Assembly: GCF_963921235.1 (NCBI RefSeq) | Contig: NC_086108.1 | Location: 80,540,001 to 80,604,000, forward strand | Direction: 5' to 3' | Origin: Mobula hypostoma | Taxonomy: Eukaryota | DNA: 64,000 bases | Part shown: one piece after another, positions 50,514-63,088 of the stretch | How the letters are laid out: each line of letters starts with the position of its first letter | Numbering within the stretch: the first letter of the stretch is position 1 | Notes under the pieces: generated by a model | What the model was told of the DNA's origin: nothing | Databases searched by the model: none | The model's input: only the letters and a program-made list of their open reading frames with translations | Translations under genes and position numbers: made by a program

Positions 50514-51388
50514 TGTTACGTACCCCGTAACTGGGTTGCCAAACCAGCAGAAATGGATCACTCAGTTGGAGTCTGGATTACTAGAACTAAGAAAGTTTTA
50601 TTAAAGAAACAAGCAACACAGTAATCGAAAGGATAATAAATGCAACAGTTCAGCAATGATAAACACACATGTGCACAGAATTAAAATAACAGGATCAATC
50701 AAGCTCTATCGTTGTCTAGGGGTAAATGACCAATTTCAAAGTGACACACAAAGTCCAGTTCAATTTAGTTCAGTTCGCAGTAATCGTTGCCATGGCGATG
50801 GACAATGTGGGGGGGGGAGGGAGAGAGAGAACAAGAACGACTGATCATTCAGAACGGCTTCCACTCACAGACCGGCGATATTGCTCACAAGCAGCTTTCA
50901 GGCAGGTCCTTTGTGATGTCACCTGAGGTCACCGACTGTGACCCCTCCTCCAGATGCGGTCGATCCTTTGCAGTGAACCCGGCACCCAAGCGAGGGTGGA
51001 CACACACCGGGTTCCCGCTGATCGTACCTTTCCACCCTGTGCGTTTAAGGCCGATCCCCTGATCAGCCATCCAGCCGACTTGTGAGAGGCGCACCGCTTC
51101 CAGGGTCTCGTTACCTCGGGGTGTCGTGTGTCTCCTGCCTTAGCGAACCTGTCCCTTTTTATCCCCCTACTGGGGTATCGCCTGTCCATCACTTCAAACA
51201 GTTCAGGGTTCAAAGGGGGAGCCGCTCTAGACAGCTCTCTCTCCCGTCCCTTCATTACACATCTCCAGATGCTGCTTCATTGTTCCTTATCTCTCCTTCC
51301 CCTGAGGACAGGTGGCAAACCAACTGCTGATGCCACTGATGCTAGCCCAGGCCAGCAAACATCTTAATTTATGTGTATTCTCGTCACA
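50514..51388 (-). mobile_element. Solo LTR (875 bp), young
   Basis: tgttacg...cgtcaca termini; 4-bp TSD ctag (50510-50513, 51389-51392); AATAAA on minus at ~50597-50602; CR1 sequence resumes seamlessly. Confidence 0.92.
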
Positions 51389-52377
51389 CTAGATAGAGCG
51401 GATGCAGAGGGAAAGTTTCCTATAATGCAGGAGTCTACGACCAGGGGATATAGCTTCAGAATAGAGTGATGTCCATTTACAATAAAGAGGAGGAGGAGTT
51501 TCACTAGTCAGAGGGTGGTGAATCTGTGGAATTCATCGCCAAGATGGCAGTGGAGGCAAAGTCATCGGATACATTTAAAGCAGAGGTTGGTTGATAGGGT
51601 TCTTTATTAGTCAGGGAGTCAAAGGTTACAGAGAGAAGGTTGGAGAGTGGGGTTGAGAGGGTTAATAAATCAGCTATGATCTAACGGCAGAGCATACTCG
51701 ATGGACCAAATTACCTTATTCTGCTCCCATGTCTTATGGTGTTACGGTATTACTGGTCTCTGACTGCCATGGGGAGTGTGCCTTTAAAACCAGCTGCCTT
51801 TCTCAGACTGGTGCACAGCAAGCTGTCTGAAGTTGCACTACATTAAGCTTAATCCCTTCAGGCACAAGTCCTGCTTTATCACTGCTTTAAAGAGTGTCCC
51901 GGTGAATTTCACATTTTTTATGGGTGCTAACAATGGACACAACACAGATTTAGCATGCCTCATGAAAAAAAACTGCAATTTCTAGACATGAAGATTTGCA
52001 ATGGAATGAGTACACCTGTTTCTCTGTAAATCTCTTAGATGAACAAAATATTCAAGGGGAATCAATTTTTGCATCCTCTCTACATAATCATTCCCTGCAC
52101 TTTATTTGATTTATTGCTTCCTCTAGTATTCCACCTCCGTGATTTCCTTCAGGTTCTGAGCTTTATCATAATCTCTCTCATGGTGTGAAATCTGTGCCTA
52201 TTACTTCAGCTTACCGATGATACCGATGATATTGGCAGCCTTTGCACATGCATTAAACAGAAGCTTTTCTGAAAACAGGTACATTTTACAAACATTCACC
52301 CACAGGCAGTTGGCTAAAGTGAGGGAGATGAAAGATGATGCAATTATGAAATAAGTCATCAATAATCCATTCACTAG

Positions 52378-53460
52378 CAGTGGTATTGGTTTATGAAAGT
52401 CACATGTACCAAGATAGCGTGTATTGCTTGTATTGTATAATGTTTATACAGATCAAATCATTACATAGTCTACTGAGCTAGAACAAAGTGAAGTAATAAC
52501 AATGCAGAGTAAAATGTAAAAGCTACTGATAAAGTGCAGTGCAGGTAAACAATAGAGTGCAATATCTTAATAAGGTAGATTGTGAGGTCAAGAATCCATC
52601 TTATCATACAAGAGGTTGCTCAAAGGGCTGATAGTAGAGGTATGGAAGCTGTCCTTGAGCCTGGTGGTACTTGCTTTTGAGCTTTGGTATCTTCTGCCCA
52701 ATGAGAAAAGGGAGAAGAGCGAGTGTCTGGGGTAGTTTGGATCTTTGCTTATGCTGGCTGCTTTACTGAGGCAGCAAGAAGTCAGACAGAGTTTGTAGAG
52801 GGGAGGCTGGTTCCTGTGATGCGCAGAACTGTGTCCACAACTCTCTGCAGTTTTCTGCAATCGCTTACAGAGCAGTTGCCATGCTAAGCTGTTATGCAAT
52901 CAGACAGAATGCTTTCTATGGTGCATTGATAAAAATTGGAAAGAGTCGAAAGGAACATGCCAAATTTCTTTGGCCTCCTAAGTAACTGGAGGCATTGGTG
53001 AACTTTCCTGGCTGTGACATCAATGTGGCTTGACCAAGACAGGTTTATGTTTAGGAACTTGAATCTCTCAACCCTCTCAACCCAACAACATTGAGCATGT
53101 GTGCCGCTCCTCCTTCTGATACCAATGACCAGCTCTTTTGTTTTGTTGGCATTGAAAGAAAGATTGTTGTCATGACAACATGTCACTAAGCTCTCTATCT
53201 CTTTCCCATACTCTGACCTGTTATTATTTGAGATATGGCCCTCTACAGTGATATCATCTGCAAGCACACAACCTTGATTGTATAGAGAGTAGACTAGGGG
53301 GCTGGAGATGTAAACCAGGGTTTAGAATAACTGTGGCAGAGGTGTTGCTGCCTATCCTTATTGATTGGTGTATGCTGGTCAGAAAGTCAAGGATCCAGTT
53401 GCAGAAGGAGGCATTAACTCCCAACGTCTGGAGGTTGATGATGAGCTACTTTGGAATAAG
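52378..53460 (-). mobile_element. Rex1/Babar-clade LINE 3' portion
   Basis: LADDITVEG, NNLSFNANKTKELV, FYQCTIESILS, LGRRY..TTRLKDSF. Confidence 0.88.
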
Positions 53461-54346
53461 GAAGTGATATCTGTCTCCTCTTACAAAACAGTCACCCAGA
53501 ATGCTGCTAAAATATGTTTGCAGTAGTCCTGAATTCATATTATTTTTTCCTGGATGTCTACATTTGAGCTTTTATTTATCCATCCTCCATTTTGGCTCAT
53601 TTTTGTCTTCTGAATGTACCTCTCACCTGCGATGAGTGTGACTGCTAGATGTACATTGACCAAGGCAAATTAAATTTCAGTGCTTTATTGCACTTTTTAA
53701 AATTTAAAGATGCCAGGGGGCAATGGAGCACAATGGAATTATTCACTAACTTCCTGAAGAGTAGAAAAACTCTGGGGTTGGGGGGAGGTTAATGAATTTC
53801 TCCTCTCCTTGTGATGTCACCAAGCCACATCTAAAGAGGATACTAATAAGACAGAGTCATGGAATCATAGAAAAGTACAGTACAGAAACAGTCCCTTCTG
53901 CCCATCTAGTCTGTGCTAAACCATTTAAACTGCCTACTCCTATTAACCTGCACTGAGACCATAGACCTCCATATCCTTACCATCCATGTACCTATCCAAA
54001 CTTCTCTCCAATGTTGAAACCGAGCTTGCATGCACCACTTGTGCTGGCAGCTTGTTCCACACTCTTACGACCCTCTGCGTGAAAAGGTTTCCCCTCATGT
54101 TCCCCTCAAACTTTTCACCTTTCACCCTTAACCCATGACCTCTGGTTGGAGTCCCACTTGCTTTTACCCTATCTGTACCTATACCTCTCATAATTTTGTA
54201 TACCTATATCAAATCCTCTCCCAATCTTCTATGTTCCAAGGAATAAAGTCTTAACCTATTCAATCTTTCCTTATAACTCAGATCTTCCAGATTTTCTCTG
54301 TATTCTTTCAGCCTTGAAAAAAGATCTAGTGCTTTCCTGACATAGA

Positions 54347-55762
54347 TGACAAATAAACTTTTCTTGGGTTTCCAGCCGGGTACAGGTATCGATTTTAACT
54401 GACATTTAGATGACAAACTCTGCCATTTTCATCAGGGATGATGCCTAGGCATGTCTAGTCACGTGGTATATACATCCCCGTTGTCCATCCCTCCTGATTG
54501 GTTAGTCCCCATCCAATCAGGTTTTCACTGCCCCACCTTGCTTTAAATCGAATTCCAGTTCTTACTTAGAGCAAGTCCTTCGTTTTTGTTAAAATTCTTT
54601 TCCTTTAGTTTTATTTCAATGGCTTCCTTCATGAGGTGGTCCAGAAAGCCATTGGCGCAACACAGTAGTTTTGTCAAGCCTATGACCATTGCAAATGCAA
54701 TGCTTTGCTACCACCGATTTCTCCTGGTAACCCAAATGGATACACCTTCTGTGCTTCTTGATACGGGTTTCCACCATGTGTCCCGTCTGGCTGATATACG
54801 CTGCTCAGCATTCACAGGGAATCCTGTAAACACCAGCTGACCTGAGTCCCAGGTCATCTTTGACTCACATAAGCTGTGATTTGAGCTTCCTCATGGGTTT
54901 GTGGATTGTATTAATCTGGTATTTCTTCAGGACCCTGGCGATCCTTCCAGAAATCGTGGAAGTATAGGGAAGACAGGTGGCAGTGGCAGGTTCCTCCTCA
55001 TTGTTAGGTTTCATGATTTTTCTGTTGGCCCTTTTAAGGGCCTGATTGTAGCCATCAGTAGGAATGTCGTGCTTAATCATCCTGTCTCCTCATGGAGACT
55101 CTCCGTGTCCAAAATAGTTTTTTGCACAGTTAATCAAAGTTGAAGGAACTGTTCTATGTTGGGAGGCGTGATGGTGGCCGTTACTGTTGAGATATAAGTC
55201 CGTGTGAGTGGGTTTCTGATAGACACCATGCCCAAGGCTATTGTCCAGTTTCCATCATATTAGAATGTCCAGGAATGGTAGACAATAATTCTTCTCCATC
55301 TCCATTGGCCAGACAAGGCGTATGGTGGAAACCTGTATCAAGGAGCACAGGAGGTATATCATTTGGGTTTACCCACAGAAATCAGTGGTAGGAAAACATT
55401 GCATTTGCAATGGCTATAGCATTGATTTCGATGGCACAAAACTATTGTGGCATGCCAATGGCTTTTGGGACTGCCTGGTGAAGGAAGCCATTGAAATAAA
55501 ACCAGAGGAAAAGAAATTTAACAAAGCTGAAGGTCTTGCTCTAAGTAAGAACTGGAATTTAATTGTAAACAAGGTGGGACAGCAGAAACCTGATTGGATA
55601 GGGGCTAACCAATCAGGAGGAATGGATGATGGGAGTATATATACCACCGGACTAGACCTGCCTAGTTATCATCCCTGATGAAGACGGCAGAGTGTGTCAT
55701 CGAAATGTTGGCTAAAATTGATAGCTGTACCCGGCTGGAAGCTCCAGAAGAGTTTATTTGTC
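54347..55762 (-). mobile_element. Penelope/Poseidon-like element with inverted terminal copy
   Basis: Minus-strand RT end and GIY-YIG (LPYTSTISGRIARVLKK, GVYRIPC..YISQTG). 55307-55762 is an inverted copy of ~54347-54790. Confidence 0.9.
55673..55711 (+). ncRNA. Degenerate hammerhead ribozyme motif (second family); inverted copy at ~54398-54437
   Basis: CC-CTGATGA-A-GACGGCA(GAGTG)TGTCATC-GAAA-TGTTGG; CGTCGG is expected at the end, and both differences are CpG-type. Confidence 0.6.
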
Positions 55763-58700
55763 TTTCAAACTTGTTTATGTCTTTCTTGCAGGAAGGTGAC
55801 CAAAACTGCACACAATACTTCAAATCAGGTCTCAACAACGTCTTATATAATAACTTGCATATAAAATTCCATCTCCTGTACTCAGTACTTTCATTTATGA
55901 CTGCCAATGTGCCAAAAGCTTTCTTTACGGCCCCATCTACCTGTGAGGCCACTTTCAATGAATTATGGACCTGTATTCCCTGATCCCTTTGTTCTATCAC
56001 ACTCCTCAGTGCTCTATTGTTTACTGTGTAAGACCTACCCTGGTTGGTCAAAGTGCAACACCTCACATTTGTCTGCATTAAATTTCATCTGCCATTTTTT
56101 CAGCTGCTCCTGATCCCACAGCAAGTCATAATAGCCTTCCTCATCCACTACACCCCCAATCTTGGTGTCATCCGCAAATTTTCTGATCCAGTTAACCATA
56201 TTATTATCCAGATCATTGATATATGTGACAAACAGCAAAGGACCCAGCACTGATTCCTGCGGCACACCACTAGTCACAGGACTCCAGTAAGAGAGCCATC
56301 CCTCTACTACCACTCTCTGGCTTCTCCCACAAAGCCAATGTCTAATCTAATTTACTACCTCATCTTGAATGCCGAACGACTGAATGTTCTTGACCAACCT
56401 CCCATGTGGGACATTGACATATGCCTTACTAAATTCCATGTAGCCACATAAACTGCCTTGCCTTCATCAGCTCTCCTGGTAATTTCCTCAAAAACCTCTA
56501 GAAGATTGAATAGACATGACTTACCATGCAGAAAGCCATGCTGACTATCCTTGCGCATCAAGTATATTGGTCTGCATCAATTAGACTTCAGAGGGGAGAA
56601 AATGGGAGTCACACCAACAAGTGAGTAGGGTGATGTAGAAAAAGATCTGGCAAGGACATGGAATCAAAGGTCTTGACTGGCGGGGTATTTGAACAGATAT
56701 CGCCCGCACATTCATTTTCCAAACGGAGTCATAAATTCAGCCCGTAAATTAATTCAGGTCAAAGGATTATGATTGATCAGTAAGCAGTTAGATAGCACAG
56801 GTGTAAGTGACACTGGATAAATATTTTCTCAGAACAAACACCAAAATAAGTAAAGTTGGAAGAAGTGGGTTGAGATCGTTCAGGGTTATGTCTCTTACTT
56901 GTGCTCAGTGGTGCAGATGGCACACAAAATCAATGGGGCAACCTCCCAGTGTCAAGAGGTCTTAGAAGCATAATCCGAATGGAATCTCAAAAGGGACCTA
57001 GAAACACAAACCAGAATAGATTGAGGGATATTAATTAAGATGCTGAGCAGGAGAAAATGAACAGAAGGTGAAAAGTTGATGAAAATCGGGCCTGGAGTTG
57101 AGCTGGTGTTTGAAAAGCATGAATATTCAGAGGAAAAGCGGCCAGAAGAATAAGGGTGAAAGGATGAATCAAAACTATCATTCAATGACACACAGAACTA
57201 TATATGGAAATATAATTTTTAAGTGGCATATTTCAACAGCAGGAAGCAGTATAATTTCAAAACTGCAGTTCCACAATTAAGAAAATATGATTGATTTGGT
57301 CCATTTAGAAAGTGACTGTGAAGTAAAATAAACTGATGGAGAAAAAGATTATCTGGTTTAAACCTACAAAGGCTGCATTGTGAGTCATTCCTGACAGTAC
57401 CTAGTTCCAGATGATACGAGGAAACTTTTTTCTTGTTCTATTTACAATTCTCAATCCTGGAAGGGGCACTGCTAAAGTTCAGTACAAACTGAAGAAGGAA
57501 GGCTGCACTAACTTCAATTTTATGGAAAGAATTTATTACTGAAACGAGGGACACAGGTGAATCTAATTTTTTTAACAATTTGCCACGTTAAAAATCATTT
57601 CTCTTAAAAGGTCTACGGTGGCTCTAGATTTAATGTCCAACTCTGTTGTAAACCATTGAAATACATAAGTAGAGCTGATCCAGGCCATGAGATGCCTCCT
57701 GGATTCTGTCTGTTTCTTTACAATGGTGTCAATCTGATCAGGCACAGCTCTGTTTTCCGTCTCTGCCAAGTATTTGCTACATAAACAGATCAGCCATACT
57801 TTAGAGGTTAAAATAGAAGCTATGCAGATTCCTTGCAACTATTCTATAAATGGTAACATTATAAATATTCACCCCAAAAATAACCTATACTTGGGGATTA
57901 TTCTGCAACCAAAGGGTCCATAAATTGCCACAGTCTTCGTGAATATATTCAATGAGCTATTTCATGTATCTATAATCAACCTCAATTTTTTTTAAGTTTT
58001 GCTTTGAGATATAGTTTAAGAAAAAATTGAGTCACTTTTACTTGGTCTACCAGGAACACAGTGATGTATTTAAAATGATTCATGGCATTTATCTGTTCTG
58101 GTAAACAAATAAAATTTGGTTGTTTTTGTTACATGATGGTGCTGTCCCTTCAATATGCAGACAGCTTATGACTTACAGGAATTAAGTTGTCTTTCTTGTT
58201 CTCCACTTCCAATGCTGTCAGCTCATCAGGAGTCAATAGAAAAAGGCGTAATTCACGAACAACTTCCTTTGCTATTTCTGGTACAGACTTGTCAAGAACT
58301 ACCTGTGTTGGAGGATAAAAAAATTATATTAGTTTCTGGAAAAAAAAGTTAAAGTTTCTATATTGATGGTGCAGCAATATGTTGGCCACATCCTTATATC
58401 AACTGATGCTGATGTGTAGAATTCATGTTCGTTCCTAGATTTAAAAGAAACAAACTGGACACTTCTCCTGGTCCTAATGCTTGAAACTCAGCTTTTGAAC
58501 ACAGTGCATTGCTGATATTCAACAAAATTTGCCTGATATAATAGGACAGTGAATGGCAAGGCTATTATTACTGGGTTCCAGAGCACACCTATCTGTGTAC
58601 AGCATCTGAGAAATGTGCAACCCCACAGAGCATTGCTGCCATCATTTTGACCCTTAATGATTTCAGGTTTTAGGTTTACCTAACAGTGAATGGAAATCAA

Positions 58701-58944
58701 ATGAAAATGAAATGCACAGTAGGGCCTGCTTCAAAATGTGAAAAAGGAACTAAATGGAGTATGCAACACAAAAGAACTACTTTTTCCAGTCCTTCATCTT
58801 TCCAAGAAGTGGTTGTTAAAAGGTATGTAAACGGCTACTGAAGCAATACTAGGTATCTTCAGTAGAGTGAAGTAAAGTAGTTTTGCTTCTGCCTGTTCCA
58901 AATAACTATCGTCGACCACTGCCTGCCTACTTTCAGCTTTCCTG

Positions 58945-59306
58945 AGCACAAAATAATCTGCAGATGCTGGGGTCAAAGCAACACTCACAACACGCTGGAG
59001 GAACTCAGCAGGTCGGGCAGCATCCGTGGAAAAGATCCCACAAAATAATCTGCAGATGCTGGGTCAAAGCAACACTCACAACATGCTGGAGGAACTCAGC
59101 AGGTCGGGCAGCATCCGTGGAAAAGATCCCACAAAATAATCTGCAGATGCTGGGGTCAAAGCAATGCTCACAACATGCTGGAGGAACTCAGCAGGTCAGG
59201 CAGCATCTGTGGAAAAGATCCCACAAAATAATCTGCAGATGCTGGGGTCAAAGATCTTTTCCACGGATGCTGCCCAACCTGCTGAGTTCCTCCAGTGTGT
59301 TGTGAG
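58945..59306 (-). repeat. Tandem array of 91-92 bp Penelope-terminus units (3 plus a partial) with an inverted piece, TSD-flanked
   Basis: Units start at 58947, 59039, 59130, 59222; inverted segment 59253-59306; 13-bp direct repeat ttcagctttcctg at 58932-58944 and 59307-59319. Confidence 0.9.
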
Positions 59307-60249
59307 TTCAGCTTTCCTGCATTTTACAATTTGATGTATTCAAGTTTATTGGATGAAAACTTCCAAACGTGCAGTCTCACTATCTGTTCAGTTGCGGCAA
59401 TATTTCCAACCACAATGTTGCTTCTGTTCGTAATTCAGATTGCCATTTCTGATCATGCACCATTGAAACTTTCTATCAAGTTAATGGATATATCTCCTAA
59501 TACTAGACTATGGCATTTTAATTCCAATTTGCTTCAAGATTCGGTTGTTGTTAAATTTATCAAGGAACAGATTGACTTCTTCTTTTCAACTAATGCTACG
59601 GAAGAAATTTCCAGCGGGGTATTATGGGACACTTTTAAAGCATATATCCGTGGACAGATTATCTCTTATTCTGCTGGATTGAAAAAACATATTAAGAATG
59701 AAATACTTGTGTTAATTAACAAAATTGAAGAAATTGATAAGAAATATGCCACTGCTCCTAGTGAGGAGCTTTATAAACAGAGAGTCAAACTTCAAATGGA
59801 CCATAGTTTACTGTTAACATCTTCAAATGAAAATCAATTAATGAAAACAAGAAGCGGGTTTTATATACATAGTGATAAGTCTGGTAAATTATTAGTTAAT
59901 CAATTAAAAACTGCTTTGGTTAAACATCAAATTATCAAGATTCGTAAACATGATGACACTTTGACAGTTGATCATGATGGGATAAACAAATCTTTTCAAG
60001 AATTCTATACATCTCTATATCAGTCAGAATTTCCTCATGATCCCAACGAAATGCATGACTTCTTAAGGAAATTGAACTTTCCGAAATTAACACCCGAAGA
60101 AAGATTAAAGTTAGAAACACCTAATACGGATGAAGAAATAAAGGGTGTTATTTCTTCAGTGAACTCTGGCAAAGCACCTGGTCCAGATGGTTATACAGTA
60201 GAATTCTTTAAGTCCTTTTCTTCTATTCTTTCCCCTTGGTTGTGTGGAG

Positions 60250-61110
60250 CAAGGGTCCCCAACCTTTTTTGCACCGCGGACCGGTTTAATATTGACAATA
60301 TCCTGACTGGCCGGAGGGGGGGGGGGAGGGGGTGGTTCAAGTAGGGTTAAACTCACCTCAACATGTCGTTTACAGTGAGGGTTGCCAACTTTCTCACTCC
60401 CAAATAAGGGACAAAAGTAGCAGTCAAATCCCGACGAAGGGTCCTGGCCCAAACGTCCGCTGTATCTCTTCCTATAGATGCTGCCTGGCCTGCTGCGTTC
60501 ACCAGCATTTTTTGTGTGTGCTGACGGGACACTTGTGTTTACCCCGAGAAAGACTATCATGACCATGAAGCCTTGTGCGGGCACCTGTGTGCGCATGCGT
60601 GACGTCCGCATATGCGACCTGTGCGTGCGTGTACGTGCCAATATTTTCCCCCACATATCGGTTTTGGCTTAGTCTTCCCGACTACACTGTTCATACATTA
60701 TTTCTACTTTATATAGGCTGTGTATTTATCATATCGTTCCTGCTTTCACTATATGTTAGAGTTATTTTAGGTTTTATGTGTTATTTGGTAGGTCATTTTT
60801 TGGGTCTGGGAACGCTCAAAAATTTTTCCCATATAAATCAATGGTAATTGCTACTTCGCTTTACGCCATTTCAGCATGAAAGGTTTCATAGGAACACTCT
60901 ATCTTAGTGGGGGAAATACAGGACAAGGGCAGTCCCATATGGGACAAACCAATTTAGCCCAAAATACAGGATGTCCTGGCAAAGACAGGACAGTTGCCAA
61001 CCCTATGTTCAAGTTTAAAAGTGCCTGACAGGGAAAGGTGCAGTTGAGTCATATCATTTCCTCGCGGCCCGGTAGCACATGCTTTGCGGCCCGGTGGTTG
61101 GGGATCGCTG
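60250..61110. mobile_element. Composite non-autonomous hAT (Charlie-like) element inserted in L1 ORF2
   Basis: TIRs caagggtccccaacc / ggttggggatcgctg; degenerate 8-bp TSD gtgtggag / atgtagag; L1 reading SPWLC|RVFKDAI resumes after it. Confidence 0.85.
60378..61005. mobile_element. Inner element with (T)AGGGTTGCCA-type hAT termini
   Basis: agggttgccaact (60378) and agttgccaacccta (60992-61005), one mismatch from a perfect inverted repeat; gggaca subterminal motifs. Confidence 0.65.
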
Positions 61111-63009
61111 ATGTAGAGTTTTTAAAGATGCAATTAGAATAGGTAAATTACCACAATCATTTTATGGAGCTTCTATTTCTCTAATTTAAAAAAAATAAGG
61201 ATCATATAGACTGATACCCTTATTGAATGTAGATTCTAAGATCTTTTTCTAAAATATTAGCATCTAGGTTAGAGAAGGCTCTCCCTTAAATTATCTCTGT
61301 GGATCAAACTGGATTTATTAAAAATCATTATTCATCCTTTAATATTAGGAGATTAATGAATATTGTTTATACTCCTTCACTTAGAACTCCAGAATGTGTC
61401 ATTTCATTGGATGCTGAGAAAGCTTTTGACAGAGTTGAATGGCCATATTTATTCAGTATGCTTGAGAAGTTTAATTTCAGTCTGATTTACTTCTTGGATT
61501 AAATTGATATATCATACCCCTGTAGCTTTGGTTTTTACTAATAATCAAAGATCTCCCTTTTTTCAATTATTTCGTGGTACTAGGCAAGGTTGTCCTCTTA
61601 GTCCATTATTATTTGATATTGCTCTTGAACCTTTAGCAATTGCTATTCGAGATTCACCAAATATTTTTGGTATCACTCATGGGAATGAGGTACAAGGTTA
61701 TCATTATATGCAGATTATTTATTATTATATATTTCTAATCCAGAGAAATCCATTCCTGCAGTTCTATCCTTGTTGGCTCAGTTTAGTAAATTTTCTGGTT
61801 ACAAACCGAACCTTAATAAGAGTGAACTTTTTCCGTTAAACATGCAGGTTCCAAGTTATGAATGTTTACAATTCAGATTGGTTCCGATTACTTTACTTAC
61901 TTAGGGGTCAAAATTACAAGGAAGCACAAGGATTTATTTAAGGCTAATTTTTTTTTACCTTTAATGGATCAGATTAAATGTTTGTTTACTAAATGGTCAC
62001 CAATGTCTTTGTCATTAATTGGCCGGATCAATGCTGTCAAGATGATTATTTTACCTACATTTTTATACTTATTTCAAGTGTTGCCAATTTTTATTCCGAA
62101 ATCCTTTTTTGATAATGTTGACTCAAAAATTTCTTCATACATATGGCTAACAAAAATCCCAGATTAGGTAAAAGATACTTACAGAAGTCCAAAAAGGAGG
62201 GTGGTTTGGCATTGCCCAACTTTAGATTTTACTATTGGGCAATTAATATTCGATATTTAAAATTTTGGACATGGAATTTGGATACAATTTTTAGTCCACA
62301 TTGGGTAAATCTTGAATGTAAATCTGTACAAGGGTTTTCATTGGGTTCTATTTTAGGGACCTTGCTTCCCTTTGTTCTTTCAAAATTGGATAAACAAATG
62401 AATAATCCAATAGTTAAATATACTCTTCGAATATGGTTGCAATTTCGAAAATTTTTTGGGTTGAATCAATTTATTTTAGTAAGCCCTATTATATCTGATT
62501 TTTTTTCAACCCTCTATTATGGACCAAGCCTATTTAGTCTGGAAAGCAAAAGGTATAATACGATTTCGTGATATATTTTCGGATAATTATTTCATGTTTT
62601 TGGAACAATTATCTAATAAATATAATTTACCTAGATCTCACTTCTTCAGATATTTACAGATTAGAAACTTTTTATATACTGTTCTTACTACCTTTCCGAA
62701 TCTATATCCAATGGATATCATGGAAAAAATTTTAGATTTAAATCCCTCTCAGAAAGGTTTAATAGCAATTATTTATAATATGTTTATGAAAATAAATCCA
62801 GATGTATTTAATAAAATTAAGAACGATTGGGAAAGGGAACTTAACCTCACTTTACCTACAGAAAAATGGGAAAAAAATTTCAATTAGTTAATTCTTCCTC
62901 TATATGTGCTAAACATGCATTGATACAGTTTAAAGTAGTACAAAGGGTTCATATGTCTAAGGATAAATTAACCTGTTATTACTCTCATATAAATCCTATA
63001 TGTGACAGA

Positions 63010-63088
63010 TAGTCATAGTCATAGTCATACTTTATTGATCCCGAGGGAAATTGGGTTTCGGTACAGTTGCACCAATCAGGAATAGAGT
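63010..63088 (-). mobile_element. Very short Rex1 3' tail inserted in the L1 Cys-rich region
   Basis: tagtcatagtcatagtcatactttattgatcccgagggaaattgggtttc identical to ~22351-22394; splits NPICDR|SEIASLTHMFWSCP. Confidence 0.9.

Larger units (their letters stand above)
47020..51730 (+). mobile_element. Long CR1 LINE (ORF1 esterase, ORF2 endonuclease and RT remnants) with two nested insertions
   Basis: CLPGARVSDV..VHIGINNIGK..LKSRTSRAVTSGLL (SGNH esterase ORF1); IIIGDF..PTTGKAVLDCVL (APE); NYRPVSL, VYLDF, VKFVDN (RT); CR1 tail at ~51730. Confidence 0.9.
53852..56555 (-). mobile_element. CR1 LINE interrupted by a Penelope element
   Basis: SQHGFLHGKSCL, SGVPQESVLGPLLF, KFADDTKIGG, TRGHGLRVKGEKF; tail at 53852-53870. 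Confidence 0.9.

Noticed and set aside
57572..57838. Possible minus-strand exon KYLAETENRAVPDQIDTIVKKQ..
   Set aside because: Weak splice signals and no recognised homology; insufficient support.
58945..59306. CRISPR-like array
   Set aside because: Units are contiguous with no unique spacers, derive from a Penelope terminus, and the context is eukaryotic with no cas genes.
59295..60344. 349-aa ORF as a host gene
   Set aside because: It is part of L1 ORF2, cut by a hAT insertion and followed by stops and frameshifts.
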